Below are positions 32,484-43,635 of a DNA stretch of 64,000 nt, one piece after another. The position numbers were made by a program, and so were the translations under genes. How positions within the stretch are numbered: position 1 is the stretch's first letter; every line of letters begins with the position of its first letter. Source of the stretch: Epithemia pelagica (Eukaryota; Protista; Bacillariophyta); assembly GCA_946965045.2 (NCBI GenBank), contig OX337237.1:2914001-2978000 (forward strand), given 5' to 3'. Under the pieces are notes generated by a model. The model was not told the origin of the DNA. It searched no databases and saw only the letters and a list, made by a program, of their open reading frames with translations.

Positions 32484-34628
32484 TCATGACGAGCTGCTGC
32501 ATTGTTGCAATTCGTGTTGTTGCACGTGATTCACCTCGAGGGCAACCTGATACAAGTGCATCAAGGCTCGTACTTCTGGCGAGGCATTCAAAACTTGTTG
32601 TTGAAAGTCGGCCGTTTGAAATTTAGTTTTGCAACGACCATATTCTCCCGACGAAATGGATTCGTGAATCCGTTTCGGCGTTCTTGTACGGTTGTTGGTC
32701 GTCGTCCATCTCCTTTTCAGGGTCTCAGTCTCATTCGTTTCGCTGTTGTTGTTGTTATTGTTCAAGTACTGGATCCGCCGTGTCATCATGGACCACAGCA
32801 CGTCCATGCCGTGTTCCAAAATGCCCACGACACAAAAGCCCTGTTGGAGATTGCCCTGCGCTTGTGCGACCAGTTCGGTCAAGGTGGCCTCCTGTTCCAA
32901 ATGTCGGACTCGACAATCGGATCCACACAATTGATAGACATGATCCAAGGCCAATCGACGCATCCATCCCGGAGCAGGATCACGAACCAAATGAAGCCAA
33001 TTCTTCTCCTCCTTCTTCTTCGTTGTGCGGTTTGTGGCGGTGGTGGCCCTTGGTGGGCGGTTGCGCCGCACTGGGAGGCGGTCCTTTTGATTGCTGCTGC
33101 TGCTGCTGTTCATGCCGAGATAAATGTTGGAATTCCCAGCTCCAAAGGTGGCATGAGTGACATTGTCACAGTCCATGCTATGCCTGGAATACAAGGAATG
33201 CCAGGCAAAGGTGGAGGCGAACCAGGCAAAGGGATGACGCAGGACCACGACACGCAAGACGGGGAGGGAGGCATAGACATGAGACCAGGCCTGACCCCGT
33301 GCCATGTCGTCGTCGTCGTGTTCCTTCATTGTCCTGAAAGTAGTAGTAGCCGTGTCTTGTTGTTGTGGTTTTGGGATGGTACCACGGATCTGGTTGCCGT
33401 CTTGTTGTTCTCTGGACGACGGCGACAAAAGAGGACCCAAAATGGCATTCTTGGCGAGACGATCCACTTGTTGTTCCAATTCTTGACGACACTTGGTTCG
33501 TTGTGCTTCTTGTTGTTGTGTCGTTGTCGTATGCTGCTCGTTTGTTGCTGTTGTTGTTGGGTGGAGAGGGCGTGTCAAATTGTCGCACCATGAATGGTGT
33601 CCATCCAAGCGTGGCCAATATTCCTTCAAGGCGCGTCGGGCATGTAGTAGGGAATGGTTCTTGGGAATGATACAGGATGAATGGTTGTTTCTGTTGATGT
33701 TGTTCTTGTTGTTCTTGTCGTTGTCAGTGGGAGGTGGATCCGCCCCGTAGTAGTGCGTGTGCCACCACTTGGCCAATGTGTGGGCTGGCAACCAATGCAA
33801 TTCCGATCCCACTCCATTGTGTCCGACATAGACCCAATCCAGGGGAGTCGTGGGTCGGACGCCGGCAGCCGGCGTATTCGCCGAATCGAATCTTGTACTA
33901 CTAGTGTCCTGCGGATGATGAGAATGGCAATACCATTGATTGGTTTGGACGGCCGGTTTGCCAAAGTCAGTGGGACACGCCACGGCCAAACCAATGGGTG
34001 TGGAGGCCCGACACAGTTTGGTTCCTTCGTAGGACCAATGGTTGGCCCGTGGCAAAAATTGATAGTGACCACTGTTGCAAAAAGTGGCATTTTTTGTCGT
34101 CTTCTTCCTTGTCTTTTCCTCTCCCTCAGGGCGTCCTTCCGAAACCGGAATGGGATAAAAGGAATTGTCTCGACTTGGATCTTGCCAGGCGGTCGCACCA
34201 CGACGATAGTCGTGCGCGGCATGCGCCAATTGTCGTCGTAGGGAACCACCTCCCGTCTTGTGCAAATGGACAACAATCAAGGGTGTTTGCGTCAAGTGAC
34301 AACCCCACAATCGAGTCGTAGTCGTCGTATTGACATGATGATCACTGAGATGGTTAGTGTTGGGAGTGTGGTTCGGTGGTGGTGATGTTGAAAGACGTGT
34401 ATCACACAACGACAAGGACCATGACGAGTGGTTCGTCTTGGAATGCTTTTGCGGATGGATCTTGCTGTTGTTCCGGAGCGTTCGATTGGTACCAACCAGT
34501 GTCAATGACACCCACAAGACACAACTGCCCAATACTACTAATAGTACTACCACGATGCTGGTTCTGCCATTTCTGGTACTTTTTCTTCTCCTCATGCTGT
34601 CGTGCGTTTGGGAAACAGGAATGGACAC
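32484..34628 (-). CDS. Type II membrane sulfotransferase-like protein (paralog 3)
   Basis: MRRRKS...TM anchor, LIVVHLHKTGGGSLRRQL, VVLRHPFAWFASTFAW, CGSDCRVRH. ATG at 34628 or 34595. Confidence 0.75.
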   Translation of the reverse strand: MSIPVSQTHDSMRRRKSTRNGRTSIVVVLLVVLGSCVLWVSLTLVGTNRTLRNNSKIHPQKHSKTNHSSWSLSLCDTRLSTSPPPNHTPNTNHLSDHHVNTTTTTRLWGCHLTQTPLIVVHLHKTGGGSLRRQLAHAAHDYRRGATAWQDPSRDNSFYPIPVSEGRPEGEEKTRKKTTKNATFCNSGHYQFLPRANHWSYEGTKLCRASTPIGLAVACPTDFGKPAVQTNQWYCHSHHPQDTSSTRFDSANTPAAGVRPTTPLDWVYVGHNGVGSELHWLPAHTLAKWWHTHYYGADPPPTDNDKNNKNNINRNNHSSCIIPKNHSLLHARRALKEYWPRLDGHHSWCDNLTRPLHPTTTATNEQHTTTTQQQEAQRTKCRQELEQQVDRLAKNAILGPLLSPSSREQQDGNQIRGTIPKPQQQDTATTTFRTMKEHDDDDMARGQAWSHVYASLPVLRVVVLRHPFAWFASTFAWHSLYSRHSMDCDNVTHATFGAGNSNIYLGMNSSSSSNQKDRLPVRRNRPPRATTATNRTTKKKEEKNWLHLVRDPAPGWMRRLALDHVYQLCGSDCRVRHLEQEATLTELVAQAQGNLQQGFCVVGILEHGMDVLWSMMTRRIQYLNNNNNNSETNETETLKRRWTTTNNRTRTPKRIHESISSGEYGRCKTKFQTADFQQQVLNASPEVRALMHLYQVALEVNHVQQHELQQCSSSS

Positions 34629-37600
34629 TCTCCGCCATTAACAGGCTCTCTTTGGCTATCTATGATTTGGATTGGATGGATGGAGACCTCTCCCCTGAAC
34701 GGTGATAGACGTTGGAACGCATTTTTTGGGGTGCGGCTCAGCATCTCGTTTTGTGCTAGGGAAACAGTCACCCCGCGCGGAAAAGCCGCAAGTTCGCGCA
34801 CCGGCTCAGATGCGTTCTCACAAAAATCTCAAAGGAACACACCACAAAAAAAACAAAAGATATACATACAACAAGTCGAAGGATTGATGGCGATCGATTC
34901 ACGAAGGCATGTCTAGTTTGACACAATGTTTCAAGTTGCGATTGTCGCTTCTACCTTTTTTCCAACTCTTCACCTTGTTCCGATGCGAGTTCCAAAAATG
35001 ACATTAATTAGCCCCCATATGTCATTGGTATGTCCGCTTGCTTTTGCTCAGTTGGCACATCTTCCAAGGCTCTCATGCGTTTCAAGCTCGCATCCGCATC
35101 CTCGTTCATTATGTTTCGATAGTTCAACCCAGTTAAGACAATGCAGGGAAAGTCAAACCGTTCCGTCTCACTCCAATAATTGTGCCTGAAGCGTTTCTGC
35201 TCAAATTGCGTCGCTACGCCTGCGCCAACTTCATCCACTCCTATAGCAAATAGTATCGCTGGCCAATGCATTGCTAGGTCCACCCCAGCAGCCTTGAAGG
35301 TTTCTTTTTCCTCATTCGTCAAAAAATATTCCACGTTCGCCTTGTGATGTGTCGTAGCGTTCTCAGCCCCTGTAAGACTTTGAAGCGTGTCCGAAACTCT
35401 GTTTTTGTCCTGAACGACAACGCCAACGAACGTGTCTTTTTTTACCCTAAGCGGGATGACTTTGTCAATGCCTCTGCGACCCTCTTCCACAACAATTGCT
35501 GCAGTTCGTCGATAAGCATACCGCAGTAAATCATGAGTGATTAGTGGTCCCTTGATTGATTTGGAAAGATACACAAAATGAGTAAAGCAGACCTCACCGT
35601 CAAGGTACGTCAGATATCGGGAAGCTTCACTCGATTGATTCTGTTTCTTTGCTTCGAGAAGGGCCTGCGAATCCGACCAATCAAGCCCTAGACGCTTCAA
35701 GATTGCGAGTTCGTTTTCTACATTAATTTCTTGAAGACCACTCGTCTCGAGCTTGTCAATCACTGTACCAAGATTGGCATCCTTTCTGTTGAACTGCTTC
35801 AAGTAGTCCTTGAGCTGTACCCCTTTGACTGTTCCACCGCCCATTGCTTTGTCCATTGCAAGCGTCATCAACAGCCGGACGATGAGTTCTCCTTTGTATC
35901 CTTTATCGACAACTCCGAATGCAAGAAACTCGTTCAACGTAGATATCATCTGCTGTATATTTTCGGCGTTGTTCATTAATTTTCTGGCAGCCACGGCCAA
36001 AACTGGCTCCGAAGGATATGTCACCGTCATGCTCATTCTATCCTCTGAAACGCTTAGCGCTGTACCCATGTGACATGCAACAAGGGATGGTGCGTACAAA
36101 CTTGTCGGTGAGATGGACAGGCACAATCGAACCGACAAAGCAGCCAACAGTTCTTCCTTCTTTGCGAGCTTGAAATCGCTCTCCATCGAATTGCGTAGTT
36201 TCATTATTGCATAATCAAGCAGAGAACTTGGAGCCAGTGACATTTTGCATGTAAGGAGAGCCTTCCATAGTGGACGACCCATTGAATACAAGATTAGCGG
36301 ATCATGGCATGCTTCAACGTTCTTGGCAAGTAGTGTGTCGCGATCATTGTTCACCCGAAAGCTAGATCCAAGGATAAAGGGCTTCAATGGCTTTTGATTA
36401 TTGTCATCATATCCAGCATAAGGCTTGAATGACGAATCTTGATTCTCGTCATCGTACCTCGAACAGGGCTTCCATGACGGATCTTCGGGAGACAAATACG
36501 TTATGGAGGAAAATGTGGACATGACAACAAAAAAAAGCCATTCCGACTCATCTGTAAACGTCTTGAACACGGCACGCAGGGCGCGGTAGAACGACACCCC
36601 GTCCGATGTGAATTTGTCCAAGAGCCATGATGCTTCATCAACAACAAAGATAATCTTCTTTTGACCAGTTGGCACCATGGATATCGCCGGTGGCTTGGTT
36701 TCGGTAAGCAGTGGAGAAATTTTTGGTGAGACGGAAACCGGGTTTTCCCCTGCAATCGCTCTGTTCAGAGCCACGCATATCTCCTGGTTGAGCGCATTTT
36801 CTAGCACTATCCTTGGGTACTTTGAGAAGTCCGACTCCTCAATCGTCACGTTCTTTGATGGGTAGGCTTTTTTGGAACTAAAGGTCCAGTAAACGACCTG
36901 ATAGTTCTCTGGCGGATGATCTTTCAAATGAGTAACGAGACGTGATTTCCCGTAGCCAGAGCTCTGAATGACCGCAAAAAACGGAGCGTTTTTTACGACA
37001 GATTCTTTCTTTCGTTGCAAGAAAATCTTCCGTTGCTCCTCAAGATGTCGTATGAATTCGAGATCATCCTCATGGCTTTCATAGTCCTGTCTAAATGCAC
37101 TTTCAGCAGAGTCTTGGGGTAAATCCGGACCAGGATCTGCCAAATCCATTTTTTCTCTTATCTCAAGAAACCTACCAATTCTAGAGCATAACCACTTGTC
37201 AGTCTCGGCGGTGATCGTTGAAGGAAATTTCCTATAAATCGAAATGCTCTTGCTTGTCTCCGGTGCCTTTTTCCAGTCCTCCGTGGTAGATTTTGCATCA
37301 TTATATGCCTTTTCCAAAATGCCAACGTACGACCACTGCTGAGACTGAGATGCTTCGACCTCGTTGGTGTCGATGAGACTACTGTAGTCGTACGGCGGCT
37401 GCCCCCGTTTGCTGCTTGTTTCTGTTATTCCCGATGTAGCATCGACCATATTGACGTCTTCTTCCTCTTCTTCCATTGCCAATTTCTCGCTTCCCTCGAC
37501 TGTTCGCTTGGACATGATGCTTTTGCACCAAAGATCGAAATTACACAAAAAATGAAAACATGACGTGAAAAATATGGAAGGGCGCCCCCCCTTTTCTATT
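34290..37600. repeat. Segment (sulfotransferase 5' end + upstream region + N1) duplicated at ~45038-48340
   Basis: Shared sequence such as gggaaacagtcaccccgcgcggaaaagccgcaagttcgcgc at ~34760 and ~45541, continuing through the NTPase gene. Confidence 0.88.
35008..37515 (-). CDS. Crinkler-type P-loop NTPase + REase-fold protein, copy N1 (835 aa from MSKRTV)
   Basis: Walker A-like IQSSGYGKSRL, Walker B IIFVVDEA, YSMGRPLW, YPSEPVLA, KGYKGELIVRLL, RGIDKVIP...VVQDKNR (candidate E...D...QxK nuclease motif). Confidence 0.78.
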   Translation of the reverse strand: MSKRTVEGSEKLAMEEEEEDVNMVDATSGITETSSKRGQPPYDYSSLIDTNEVEASQSQQWSYVGILEKAYNDAKSTTEDWKKAPETSKSISIYRKFPSTITAETDKWLCSRIGRFLEIREKMDLADPGPDLPQDSAESAFRQDYESHEDDLEFIRHLEEQRKIFLQRKKESVVKNAPFFAVIQSSGYGKSRLVTHLKDHPPENYQVVYWTFSSKKAYPSKNVTIEESDFSKYPRIVLENALNQEICVALNRAIAGENPVSVSPKISPLLTETKPPAISMVPTGQKKIIFVVDEASWLLDKFTSDGVSFYRALRAVFKTFTDESEWLFFVVMSTFSSITYLSPEDPSWKPCSRYDDENQDSSFKPYAGYDDNNQKPLKPFILGSSFRVNNDRDTLLAKNVEACHDPLILYSMGRPLWKALLTCKMSLAPSSLLDYAIMKLRNSMESDFKLAKKEELLAALSVRLCLSISPTSLYAPSLVACHMGTALSVSEDRMSMTVTYPSEPVLAVAARKLMNNAENIQQMISTLNEFLAFGVVDKGYKGELIVRLLMTLAMDKAMGGGTVKGVQLKDYLKQFNRKDANLGTVIDKLETSGLQEINVENELAILKRLGLDWSDSQALLEAKKQNQSSEASRYLTYLDGEVCFTHFVYLSKSIKGPLITHDLLRYAYRRTAAIVVEEGRRGIDKVIPLRVKKDTFVGVVVQDKNRVSDTLQSLTGAENATTHHKANVEYFLTNEEKETFKAAGVDLAMHWPAILFAIGVDEVGAGVATQFEQKRFRHNYWSETERFDFPCIVLTGLNYRNIMNEDADASLKRMRALEDVPTEQKQADIPMTYGG

Positions 37601-38228
37601 GGGGTAGGGGCGGTCTCTTCGTTGCTCGTCGTTCGCATGCAATACATAAAAATGTAATAGCACAGGGGATGTAACAGGGGTTGCCACCAAGGTGTAATTT
37701 GGCCCACTTTTCGATATCGGTCGTTCTTCGTTACTTTCGCTGATTCCCCCCCCCATATTTCCTGACATCACGACTTTACCGCGCGTTCGTGGATTCCCCT
37801 TCTAACAAACAACTATTGTACGAGATTCAACGTCATCAAAAAGCCGTCAAAAATCCGGCTTTTCGACTGAGTTCAGTATGAACGATGTCGGGTAGATCGT
37901 TTAGATGGTGTCTGGGGTGGAAATTTAAACAATGACTGCAAAACAGACATAGTCATCTGACCATCGATCAGGAAGTACAATGAGAAATTTGGACAGGGAT
38001 TTGAGCGTTAACTATGATAGAAATAAGATATCAGAATATACAGAGTTGTACATTTTATGATGTGTTCGGGTCATTTTGTTGACTGTAAACCGCGCAGGGT
38101 CATAAGTCGATTAACTGTACAATTCATAAATATATCTATTGTAATAGACAAATATCGTGATTTTCCCAACCAATAACAAATGACTTTTACAAGCAGTGGA
38201 GTGATGGGGTACGAAGAAAAGAGGACGT

Positions 38229-38258
38229 CAGTAATCAGTAATCAGTAATCAGTAATCA
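38229..38258 (+). repeat. (CAGTAAT)4 microsatellite
   Basis: cagtaat x4 read directly. Confidence 0.9.
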
Positions 38259-38418
38259 TGAATGGCATTGCGTTTTGAGGTGTTGCGTTTGCGTTATCAT
38301 TGATCATATTAGCCATTCCCCTTGCAACTTGGAGTCCTAGAGGGGGCTGGGACTACCTACGCTAGGTTGCTTCGTGTCGCATGCGCTGATGCTGCTCACC
38401 CATGCGAATCCAGGGTGA

Positions 38419-39253
38419 GGGTTGGTCTTAACAAGCGTGAAATTTCACACATTTCACACTTTCTGCCTACGTGGTCTGACGTTGCTGTGAAATTTGATGA
38501 AATTCACAAATCTGCTCTCCAGGGCTCTTTTCACATCGAACAATATTTCACACAGAGGTCTATGGGTTCTAGGAGAGAGAAAGTTTGGGATTCTCTAGAC
38601 TATGCCGAACACCGACCATTGAAATCCAAAATGCTCGTACGATTCCAAACAACAATCAAACACAATCGTCCACCATGACGGACCCTCCTCCTGCACCTTT
38701 CCAAAATGATGGGCCTCAGAGGACCAAAGGACCAAAGGACCAACAGGGTGAAAAAACAACAAAGAGGAACGAGGGAGAGACACCTTTAGGAATTCCACAC
38801 TTCACCCTTCACCTCCCACAACAACGACCACGACAGTCTTTCCGCCCTCCTATGCACAGGATGGCAACTTCACCCATGCCACAGCAGTTCCCCAGCACTT
38901 GATCTATACTTCAAATCTCTATTGACATACATTAACAATTCTATTGTAGCTTCTTTTGTGCAGAGAAAAATCCCTTGAGTAGTCATACTAGTTCGTCCTT
39001 TCCTAGAAGGAAGAAGGAGATATTAGTCCTACAATGATGGACAAAAAGGTTTCCTTGTCCCTGCATCTTGATTCATGAAAATGGTTTTGCTACGGCAGTG
39101 GCACCGTTGTACTTGTACGGGGAGTGGTGGGAGGGTCGGTGTGAAAACATTTCACATCGTTTAGACCCTAGGATTTCACGTCTAAAAACTGTGACAAACC
39201 GAAGGTGTTTTAGTGTGAAACATGTGAAATTTCACGCTCGTTAAGACCAGCCC
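38419..39253. mobile_element. Non-autonomous DNA transposon (MITE), PIF/Harbinger-like, 835 bp
   Basis: 42-bp TIRs (38419-38460 and 39212-39253, 38/42 match), GGG...CCC termini, flanking TGA at 38416-38418 and 39254-39256 (3-bp TSD), repeated subterminal GTGAAA/TTTCAC, no transposase ORF. Confidence 0.85.
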
Positions 39254-39634
39254 TGAGCGATCAGCGCTGATCAGACTCGCGTGGTCACGGCGGGTCAGAG
39301 CTATATCACACTCCCATAGGAATACTGAATACTGAACTCAGCCGTCCTTCGCCTTAAGCGATTCAATTCCCTAATTTTTAAGAATCCAGGGAATTACGGG
39401 CGAAATCTAACTGAATTGGAAGGTTTCGGACGACGTAAAAACGAGAGAAAGAACGCGTAGATACGTGCGACTAAAAGGATACCGAGAGACCCAGAATGAG
39501 AAGGCAGGAAGAATGACCAGCATCTTCTAGTGGCTTTTCGGCTCGAGATCCTGAAGCTCCAGCCCGGCGGTCGCGTTTGACGCTGAGGCTGGATCATATC
39601 CTATCAGTGTTTGATTCTAGAGTGGACGCTGACA

Positions 39635-42600
39635 TACTCCTTCCCTCTGGACCATTATTAGTTGTGCCATTATGGATACTCTGGAATTACATGGGACCAA
39701 TGTGTCATTTACCGATCCCTTCTTCTTCAAGGAAGTTACTCGTATTATCAACGGCTTTGTTGATGACACCACAATTTGGGCCAACCAATTTGCGGACGAA
39801 CTTGCCCCAGCCGGCCACCAGTCAACCTACTCAGCTACCGAGTCGACGCGCAACCTGGAGACTCTAGTTGCCAATGCACAGTCCCTTGCACAGCAGTGGG
39901 AAAATCTTCTCTGGGCGACGGGTGGCATGCTTGAATTACCCAAATGCCTTTACTACGTCCTACACTGGTATTTCTCTCCCAACGGTCAGCCCTGTCTTGC
40001 ATCCACTGCCCAAATTTCACCACGGATCTCTCTGGTTGAAAGTGCTACGGGTAACACTCCTCCTATTCCGTTCCTCGAGCCCCATACTGCACACAAAACA
40101 TTAGGCGTGATGGTCAGTCCTTCTGGCTCGATGACTGCCCAATTTTCCCGCATTGCCTAGCAGAGCCGTAACCACATCTCCATCCTTCGCAGTCGACCGA
40201 TCCCACCTATGGAAGCGTGGATTTATTACCGCTCTGTGCTCCTGCCATCCATTCACTACTCCTTGCCAGCGACATCATTCAGCATTCGAGATGCCGCCAA
40301 ACTTGATGCACTGACCTGTGGACAACTCCTAAATGCTTTCGGTTTTCATCGCAACTTTCCCCGTTGTTTGGTGTACGCGCCAAAGACTCAGGGAGGTTTG
40401 GGTTTCACCGCCACCTGGACCGAACAGGGCCTGCAACACGTCCGCACCCTACTGGAACATGGCCGCAGCCCTGCTGGGAGTAAACTCCATGACACCCTCC
40501 ATCTTACGATTGCTCTGCCCCCTGACGGACTGCACTACTGCCTTACCTCACTTGCCGCCTGGTTGGGTCGCCACTCTCCGTGATTTTTTAGCTGCGATGA
40601 ATGCCTCGGTTAGTTGGCCCAGTGCCTGTCCCAAAATCGTTCCTCGGCGCGAGCATGACCGCATCCTCATGGACGATGCATGCTCCGGTTCCTGGTCTCC
40701 TTCCGACATCTGCCGGATCAATGCCTGCCGGCTGTTTCTGCGTGTGGAGTGTTTGTCGGACATCTGCTCTATTGCTGGCAAACATTTGCTTCCTATGGGA
40801 CCAGACTGGTGGATTAGTCCCAACACGTTATCCCAGCCCCGTGACTCTTGGCCCAAACAAGGCCTTCCTGATCAAGCTACCTGGCACCTTTTCCGTCGTT
40901 TTCTTCGTACCACCTACTGTTTTCACTCGAGGTCTTCGACATTGCGCCTTCCACTGGGCCAATGGTATGACACCCATCACTACCGGGTGTGGCCTTCTTA
41001 CTTTGATCACGATCTTCAGGGGATTGTGGTCCACACCAGTGACCACCGCTGGACTACACCATACCTCGTCCACCCTCACCAGAATCCAGACATGTGCGTG
41101 GTCTGCCCGACTCCATTTTGTGAAACCACTTCTGAGGAACTCCCTCCCGGTATGACACCTTGTGATCTTCCCTCCCAATGGTCCGTCCCCTTTCCCCGTC
41201 CACTCCCAGCTCTCCCGTCTCCGTCCACAGTTCTGTCGGATTCCGCCATGTCTTTACCTACCCTCAGTGAGTTTTCGACCTTCTCCCAGTATCTCGAGTG
41301 TCTGCCAGGCATTGTCCGTCAAGTTCTTGGTTCGGTTCAGTTCCTTCCTACCTTGATTCGCCAACCCACCATCTCCGACCTCCTTCCTCAGTGTCACCCT
41401 TCTCTCCTTGTTTGTGCTGATGGCGCCTCTGACACCCGTCACGGCGCCTATACATGGCTAGTTGCTACCCAGTCCGGTCGCCCTTTAGTAATTGGTTCCG
41501 CTCCTCTTCCATGCGGGCATCACGACATCTTTCGGGCCGAGAGTCTTGGCCTGTTGGCCGCGGTTTGGTTTCTCCATCATTACTGCCGATTTCACGTTCT
41601 CCACTTTGGTCATACTATTTCTGTGCTCAGCGATTCTGCTTACGTTCTTCGACGTGTCCGGTCCCTGCTTCCTCATCCGTCTGACACCTGGTATCCCCTC
41701 ACTTACTCTGCAGCTCATGCCGACGTGGTGACTGGCATCGTTTTGGCCGTCCAACGGGTGCCTGAACCGGGAGGCTTCAAGTTTCATCACCTCACCAAAC
41801 TTTCTGGCCAGCACGCTGCTCTTCTCCACCGTCGCTGCCACTTGGGTGCAACACGAATCCTCTCCGATGTCCGCTTTGGTGTTCTGAAGCCTCCCCCGTT
41901 CCCCCGTTCCTCCCTTTACCACATTGTCCACTTTATGTGCGCCATCACAATCAACCACTCTGCAGTCGTGAGGGCGTTACTCTCCGAATTGATCTGGCCA
42001 CTCAGTCCACTCGGCAATATTTCTGTGACAGGTTTCAATGGTCCCTTTGCGATTACCATGACGTTGACTGGCCTGCCTTTGGCAAGGCCCGCCAGCTGTG
42101 TTCTTCTATCCATCCTTTCACTACTAAGTTGGTCTCCGGTTGGCTTCCGGTCAATGCCAAACAATCCCGTGAGGAGCCCGGCGTTTCTCCCCTATGCTCT
42201 CTGTGCCACCGCCACGTTGAAATCATCGACCACATGCTGCTTTGCCCCGCCCGTGTGGAATGGCGGGTCCAGTTTCTCGACCGCCTAGCGACTTTCCTCC
42301 GCCAGCAAGGCACTTCTATTCCAGTCCGTCATCTTTTACTTTGGGGCATCACTGACTACTTTCAAATGTCTTCCGCTGGATCTGCGCCGTCCCCGACTGC
42401 TCCTCCCTTTCTGGCTTAATCTCGAATCGGGTGGTCCCTGTTCATTCGTGGTTTGATCTCCCGACAATGGATGCTCTTGCAACACTCCGGCTGCTCCTCC
42501 AGCCCTACCGCCAATCTCCTGGCCGGGCGCCTTATCCAGTTTGTGTGGACCTCCGTACATCATCTTTGGTTGCTCCGTAATGAACACGTTCACCGTCTTG

Positions 42601-42992
42601 TCCCCAATGTCGGGTCTGCTCGTGAGAGGGACAAGTTACATCAGTCTATTCGCGAACTCTACCAACTGGCTGAACAGTGCGACGCTGCCGATCGGGATTT
42701 GTTTTCTGTTTCTTTGGAAGAGCAGCTCCAACGTCCAAATTCATCCCATCGCTACTGGCTACGGACATTCTCTCAACCTATTCGAACGGCTGTCCGCGAT
42801 GCGTCGTTCCGCCTGCGCCACCAATGTCAGGACATCCGTCCATCCTTCCTAACCTCGGTGCTCTTCTCTGTCTCTCTTGATCTGTCTCATCGCTCTTGGT
42901 CTCCAAGCGCCGTGATGTCGGGCGCTCTTCTCCTGGTCACCCTGGAACTAGCTAGCTTGACATTAATAGGATTTCACATTATTATTATTATT
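39635..42992 (+). mobile_element. 5'-truncated, disrupted non-LTR retrotransposon (RT C-half + RNase H + C-terminal Cys/His region)
   Basis: GFVDDTTIW (RT catalytic), HKTLGV, RCLVYAPKTQGGLG, RLFLRVECLSDI, RNase H VCADGAS...FRAESLG...VLSDS, CSLCHRHVEIIDHMLLC. 3' (ATT)5 tail. TSD (T)AGAGTGGACGCTGACA at 39618-39634 and 42992-43008. TAG at 40158 plus frameshifts near 40520 and 41930. Confidence 0.92.
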
Positions 42993-43371
42993 AGAGTGGA
43001 CGCTGACACCCAGCCGGGTGCACAAGCCGATGCAGAGTTGGTCGTAGGCTTGGAAGAGGAGGAACACGGAATGGCAGTGGACAGCCTTCTAGCTAGCCAT
43101 GAAGACACCGACCAGCGGGCTATACCCCCCAGGTGGAGACTGTACCGGAGGGAAACGAAGACTCGGAGGTCGGGGTCTCAGACCACAGTGAAGCCACAGC
43201 GGCAAATGGGCAAGTCCTGGATGAAAGTGATGGAGGCACCACCGTCAACATGACCACGTTCGTGGATCTCTGTTCGGACGACCTATGCCGCGTCCTGTTC
43301 ATTCGAACGTACAGCAGGGGCACTCGGTAGAAGGCAGTATGTGGTGACTTCATACGAAAAGAGGACACAAA

Positions 43372-43596
43372 GCCAAACGCTTAATCGGTGCTAACAAACA
43401 CCGGGTGGTGCCGTGTGCCAAACGCTTAATCGGTGCTAACAAACACCGGGTGGCGCCGTGTGCCAAACGCTTAATCGGTGCTAACAAACACCGGGTGGTG
43501 CCGTGTGCCAAACGCTTAATCGGTGCTAACAAACACCGGGTGGCGCCGTGTGCCAAACGCTTAATCGGTGCTAACAAACACCGGGCGGCGCCGTGT
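43372..43596 (+). repeat. 45-bp minisatellite, 5 copies, reading CAKRLIGANKHRV(V/A)P in one frame
   Basis: Units start at 43372, 43417, 43462, 43507 and 43552 (gccaaacgcttaatcggtgctaacaaacaccgggYggYgccgtgt); no spacers. Confidence 0.95.
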
Positions 43597-43610
43597 TTCT
43601 ACAACAACTG

Positions 43611-43635
43611 CCCCCCCCCCCCCCCCCCCCCCCCC
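43611..43635 (+). repeat. C25 homopolymer
   Basis: Read directly, 14 bp after the minisatellite. Confidence 0.9.

Noticed and set aside
34960-37600. Terminal inverted repeats or TSDs around the NTPase cassette
   Set aside because: The cassette ends are not reverse complements and no flanking duplication is seen.
38585-38902. Transposase ORF inside the MITE
   Set aside because: 105 aa, P/Q-rich, no DDE or Myb-like motif.
43372-43596. CRISPR array
   Set aside because: Units are contiguous with no unique spacers, there are no cas genes, and the context is eukaryotic; it is a minisatellite.
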